This document shows positions 61,175 through 64,000 of a DNA stretch of 64,000 nucleotides, piece by piece; the first letter of the stretch is position 1, and every line of letters begins with the position of its first letter. A program made the position numbers and the translations under genes. The DNA is taken from positions 96,001 to 160,000 of the forward strand of contig CAVPLU010000003.1 of assembly GCA_963706285.1 (NCBI GenBank), read 5' to 3'. The notes under the pieces are model-generated. The model was given only the letters and a program-made list of their open reading frames with translations, was not told where the DNA came from and ran no database searches. The stretch comes from Candidatus Bathyarchaeota archaeon. GTDB lineage: Archaea > Thermoproteota > Bathyarchaeia > 40CM-2-53-6.

Positions 61175-61693
61175 CTGAGCGAAGAAAGAACTCTTACCGT
61201 TGAAGTGCAAATCGGGGAACTAAAGCACACAGCAAAGGGAACAGTAGACGCAGTCATGCAAGAAGTGCTCGCCTTCGTCTCACGCGCCGTTCCAGGCTAC
61301 GACGCAGCTTCAAAACTCCTATACATTCCGGAGTACACAAAGATGCTTGATTCTATTTCTAGAATGCTGAAGATCACACCTGACGGGCAAGTCCTTCTCT
61401 TACAAGAGAACCTGCCTGCGGAAAAAGCCATCACAAGTGTTCTTCTCGGAGCGCATGTTGCAAACAAGTTCCAGAAACGTCCCAGCGACGAATTGTATGC
61501 AGAAGAAATAGCAAGATCCGTAAGCAAAGCACTGAAGACAGTTAGAAACACTATTGCAGAGCTTCAGAAACAAGGTCTCATCGAACGCGCCACGCGCGGG
61601 ACCTACAGAATCACAACCGCTGGCATCATGAAGATGGAACAGGAACTGCAGGCGTCGCCAAGCGGTCTTGAAGGAGGGGTCCCTCAGAAATAG
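61175..61693 (+). CDS. Winged-helix protein (paralog of 60671)
   Basis: LTVEVQIG...KG.VDAV N-terminal module and NTIAEL.KQGLIER..RGTYRIT. Start is CTG 61175 or GTG 61205. Confidence 0.82.
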   Translation: MSEERTLTVEVQIGELKHTAKGTVDAVMQEVLAFVSRAVPGYDAASKLLYIPEYTKMLDSISRMLKITPDGQVLLLQENLPAEKAITSVLLGAHVANKFQKRPSDELYAEEIARSVSKALKTVRNTIAELQKQGLIERATRGTYRITTAGIMKMEQELQASPSGLEGGVPQK

Positions 61694-61732
61694 TGAGGGT
61701 CACAACCACCGCGCCCGATTGGGGGAATTCGG

Positions 61733-62884
61733 GTGCGGCGGGAACGGGAGCTTTTGGCAGCTCCCGCAATAGGGGGTGAGAATCTGGTGATCCACCGCAC
61801 CCAAATGACAGATGCTTCAATTGAAGAGATAAGCAGTTCGCTACGATTGGGGAACAGCGAACGCTCACTTCTACCGTCGTTTCTCATAGAACTCAGTAGC
61901 AGAACAATGCAGCAGGTGAGCGGTCGAGCATTCAGTCCCAGAGAATCATCAATACTCGCAATGGCCATTGATGATGAGACATCCGAGACAACTCCAGCTC
62001 TTGCAGTTGGCGACTCCGATCATTGCGAGACAATCCGTTTGGGGTCATCGAGGGAGTCGACCGTGGCAGCGGTTGACGTCTCTAGTTTGAAGATCGGCGA
62101 AACTGAAACCGGCGTACTGGCCGCAATCAGAGGTGCAGTTGTGTGGAAGTCCAGTCGCGGGTACCAATACGTCAGATGCGGCCCCTTGGCATTCCATCTG
62201 GGGCACACTACGGACGAATCATTGCCTTCAATTATGGCTGGCGTAGGGTCAAGCCAATTCTTCACAGAACGCGCCATAAGCCGACTACGCAATACGCTCG
62301 AACGATGGATACAGCGAGAGATTTGTGTCTCTCTTGAAGATGCAGTAGTCCTGTTCGACGGATCACTCACAGTCGGAACACCGGACAATCCGACCGCACA
62401 TCTCGCTCGGATCCTAGATTCAGCGAGAGAAAGAGGAAGCGTCGTGCTTGCCTTCTCAAAGAGCACGAAACTATGTGCTTTCGGCAGAAAGATCACTTCA
62501 CTCGTATCCGAAGCTCAGGCGCCGTGCGTGGTAGATGTTGACAGGGCCGTCAGAGGACAGTTCGAGTCCCATCCAGTTCGCCTCGCAGGTCATGTGTACG
62601 TTGCGAAGCTCACCGACAACGGATTCGCCTTCAGACTAGATGCGGACCGTCAGGTTCCGCCTGAAGAGCGAATAGACGCAATGAATCGACTTATCGCAAG
62701 CGATGTTGTAGCGCAAGGTTACCCTGAGACGCTCAGGCTCGCTCACATCTTCTCGACATTCACCGCGAACGACGTAATTGCCGTGCAGCGTCACCTAGCC
62801 TTCACGCATGGACTAAGGATTGCACCACGGTTCAACTTGAGAAAATCGCTCTTCGGACCGTTCGGAACTTGGGGGGCATCATAG
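61733..62884 (+). CDS. nurA: NurA-family 5'-3' nuclease
   Basis: AVDVSS, LFDGSL, FSKST, GYPETLRLAH. True start is probably downstream. Confidence 0.85.
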   Translation: MRRERELLAAPAIGGENLVIHRTQMTDASIEEISSSLRLGNSERSLLPSFLIELSSRTMQQVSGRAFSPRESSILAMAIDDETSETTPALAVGDSDHCETIRLGSSRESTVAAVDVSSLKIGETETGVLAAIRGAVVWKSSRGYQYVRCGPLAFHLGHTTDESLPSIMAGVGSSQFFTERAISRLRNTLERWIQREICVSLEDAVVLFDGSLTVGTPDNPTAHLARILDSARERGSVVLAFSKSTKLCAFGRKITSLVSEAQAPCVVDVDRAVRGQFESHPVRLAGHVYVAKLTDNGFAFRLDADRQVPPEERIDAMNRLIASDVVAQGYPETLRLAHIFSTFTANDVIAVQRHLAFTHGLRIAPRFNLRKSLFGPFGTWGAS

Positions 62885-62888
62885 ACCA

Positions 62889-64000
62889 GTGAAGATCTAC
62901 CGCAAAGAGGGCGACGTCATGCAGCTAATCAGCTTTCCGGAGGAAGAGGTAAACAAGGGCGATTACCTGCTCGTTGAGGACCAACGATCGCACAAAGGGC
63001 TGATCATTCAAATCATCGACATACAATTCGCCAACGTCCCAGGAATACTTGAGGACATACTACGTGATGTGATGACAGAGGAACCAATACAAGGCAACGA
63101 CATCGACCCACTCGACATTTCATCACAGGTCGCAGTGCTGAAGGATACAAAGCTTCTAGTTTGCAAGATCAGGGGAGCTTTGGAAAATGGTCGCCCAACT
63201 CGCAACGTTTCGTGGCTTCCTTCAAGGATCAATTCCTTGGTATCCAAATTCCCGATCGAGACGATAGCTTCAGAGGAGTCTCCCAGCAGACCGATCCTGC
63301 TTGGAGGCATCAAAGAGAACTTCAAATTCACGGTTAACGCTACAACGCTTGACGGTAGACTCAACATCGTAACCGGGAAAAAAGGAACGGGCAAATCCCA
63401 TCTCTCCAAGTTGCTCGCGATGGGCCTTCTCGATCATGGTGCTCCATGCCTCATTCTAGACGTGAACGGAGAGTACACAAACCTTACGCGCCGAGCAAGT
63501 GGAGAAAGAAGCCCATACGAAGGAAAGATTGCAGTACTGACGCCGAGGCTTAGTCTCAGATTTACTCTGGCTGAGATCGGTTTGGGGACAATGATGGACA
63601 TCCTCCTACACGCATTAGACCTACCAGGAACATCGGCCCGCGTCTTCGCAAGGATATGGCGGCAACTCGAACAAAAGAACGAACTGATGGTCAAATCGTT
63701 GGGAGAAGCAATTGCTGAATCTGACTGCCACGAAAGCGTGCGAGACGCTCTCCAGTCAAGATACAATACGCTCGTCGACTCGGGAATATTCACAGACGAC
63801 CCCTCAACAACGCACTCGCGTCAGTTTCTCGAACGATTGGCTACCGGTGGAGCAGTCGTTGTGAACATGAAGAATCAGTCGTTTATGATCCGCCGTATCG
63901 TTGTTGAACTTCTCTTGAGCAAAATCACTGAACTGCTCTCACACGCTCGACTCAAAGCGGTTTTCCTCTTCGCGGAGGAAGCGCATCTCTACCTACGCGA
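62889..64000 (+). CDS. herA: HerA/FtsK-family ATPase (runs off window; missing from ORF track)
   Basis: GTG 62889 MKIYRKEG..., HAS-barrel-like N-terminus, Walker A TGKKGTGKS, LDVNGEY, Walker B LFAEEAH. Confidence 0.9.
   Translation, partial: MKIYRKEGDVMQLISFPEEEVNKGDYLLVEDQRSHKGLIIQIIDIQFANVPGILEDILRDVMTEEPIQGNDIDPLDISSQVAVLKDTKLLVCKIRGALENGRPTRNVSWLPSRINSLVSKFPIETIASEESPSRPILLGGIKENFKFTVNATTLDGRLNIVTGKKGTGKSHLSKLLAMGLLDHGAPCLILDVNGEYTNLTRRASGERSPYEGKIAVLTPRLSLRFTLAEIGLGTMMDILLHALDLPGTSARVFARIWRQLEQKNELMVKSLGEAIAESDCHESVRDALQSRYNTLVDSGIFTDDPSTTHSRQFLERLATGGAVVVNMKNQSFMIRRIVVELLLSKITELLSHARLKAVFLFAEEAHLYLR

Noticed and set aside
59195-64000. tRNA-anchored integrated element
   Set aside because: The wHTH/NurA/HerA genes lie on the 5' side of the tRNA, and no integrase or duplicated tRNA 3' end was seen in the window.

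Overview
Archaeal chromosomal segment, by inference from a TACK/Bathyarchaeia-like organism (TFE-beta, fibrillarin/Nop5, RIO2, PolB1-type polymerase, BHB tRNA introns). Housekeeping and metabolic content: pyrG, rio2, asnS, queD-folE-queC, gdhA, DNA ligase, MoaD+AOR, a four-subunit 2-oxoacid:ferredoxin oxidoreductase, etfAB/cofE/fixCX, a Pst phosphate operon with two PhoU proteins, rlmE, rnhB, flpA-nop5, pyrD, an ABC transporter, an aminotransferase, a GT-C-like membrane protein, and a wHTH-NurA-HerA cluster running off the right edge. About 15 single-base frameshifts, some in essential genes, are most likely long-read assembly errors. Unexplained structure found by reading the sequence: (1) a ~460-nt, extensively base-paired candidate ncRNA at 26.3-26.76 kb next to the Pho locus, plus two smaller structured intergenic elements; (2) a ~7-kb island (37.8-44.9 kb) made almost entirely of microprotein genes (many zinc-finger types, RHH/VapB-like proteins, two Gly-zipper + Tyr/Pro/Met-rich paralogs with duplicated promoter/operator); (3) a tRNA-Gly(TCC) with three BHB introns; (4) a PolB1 paralog with its proofreading domain deleted. 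All folding and homology calls were made by eye, with no database search.
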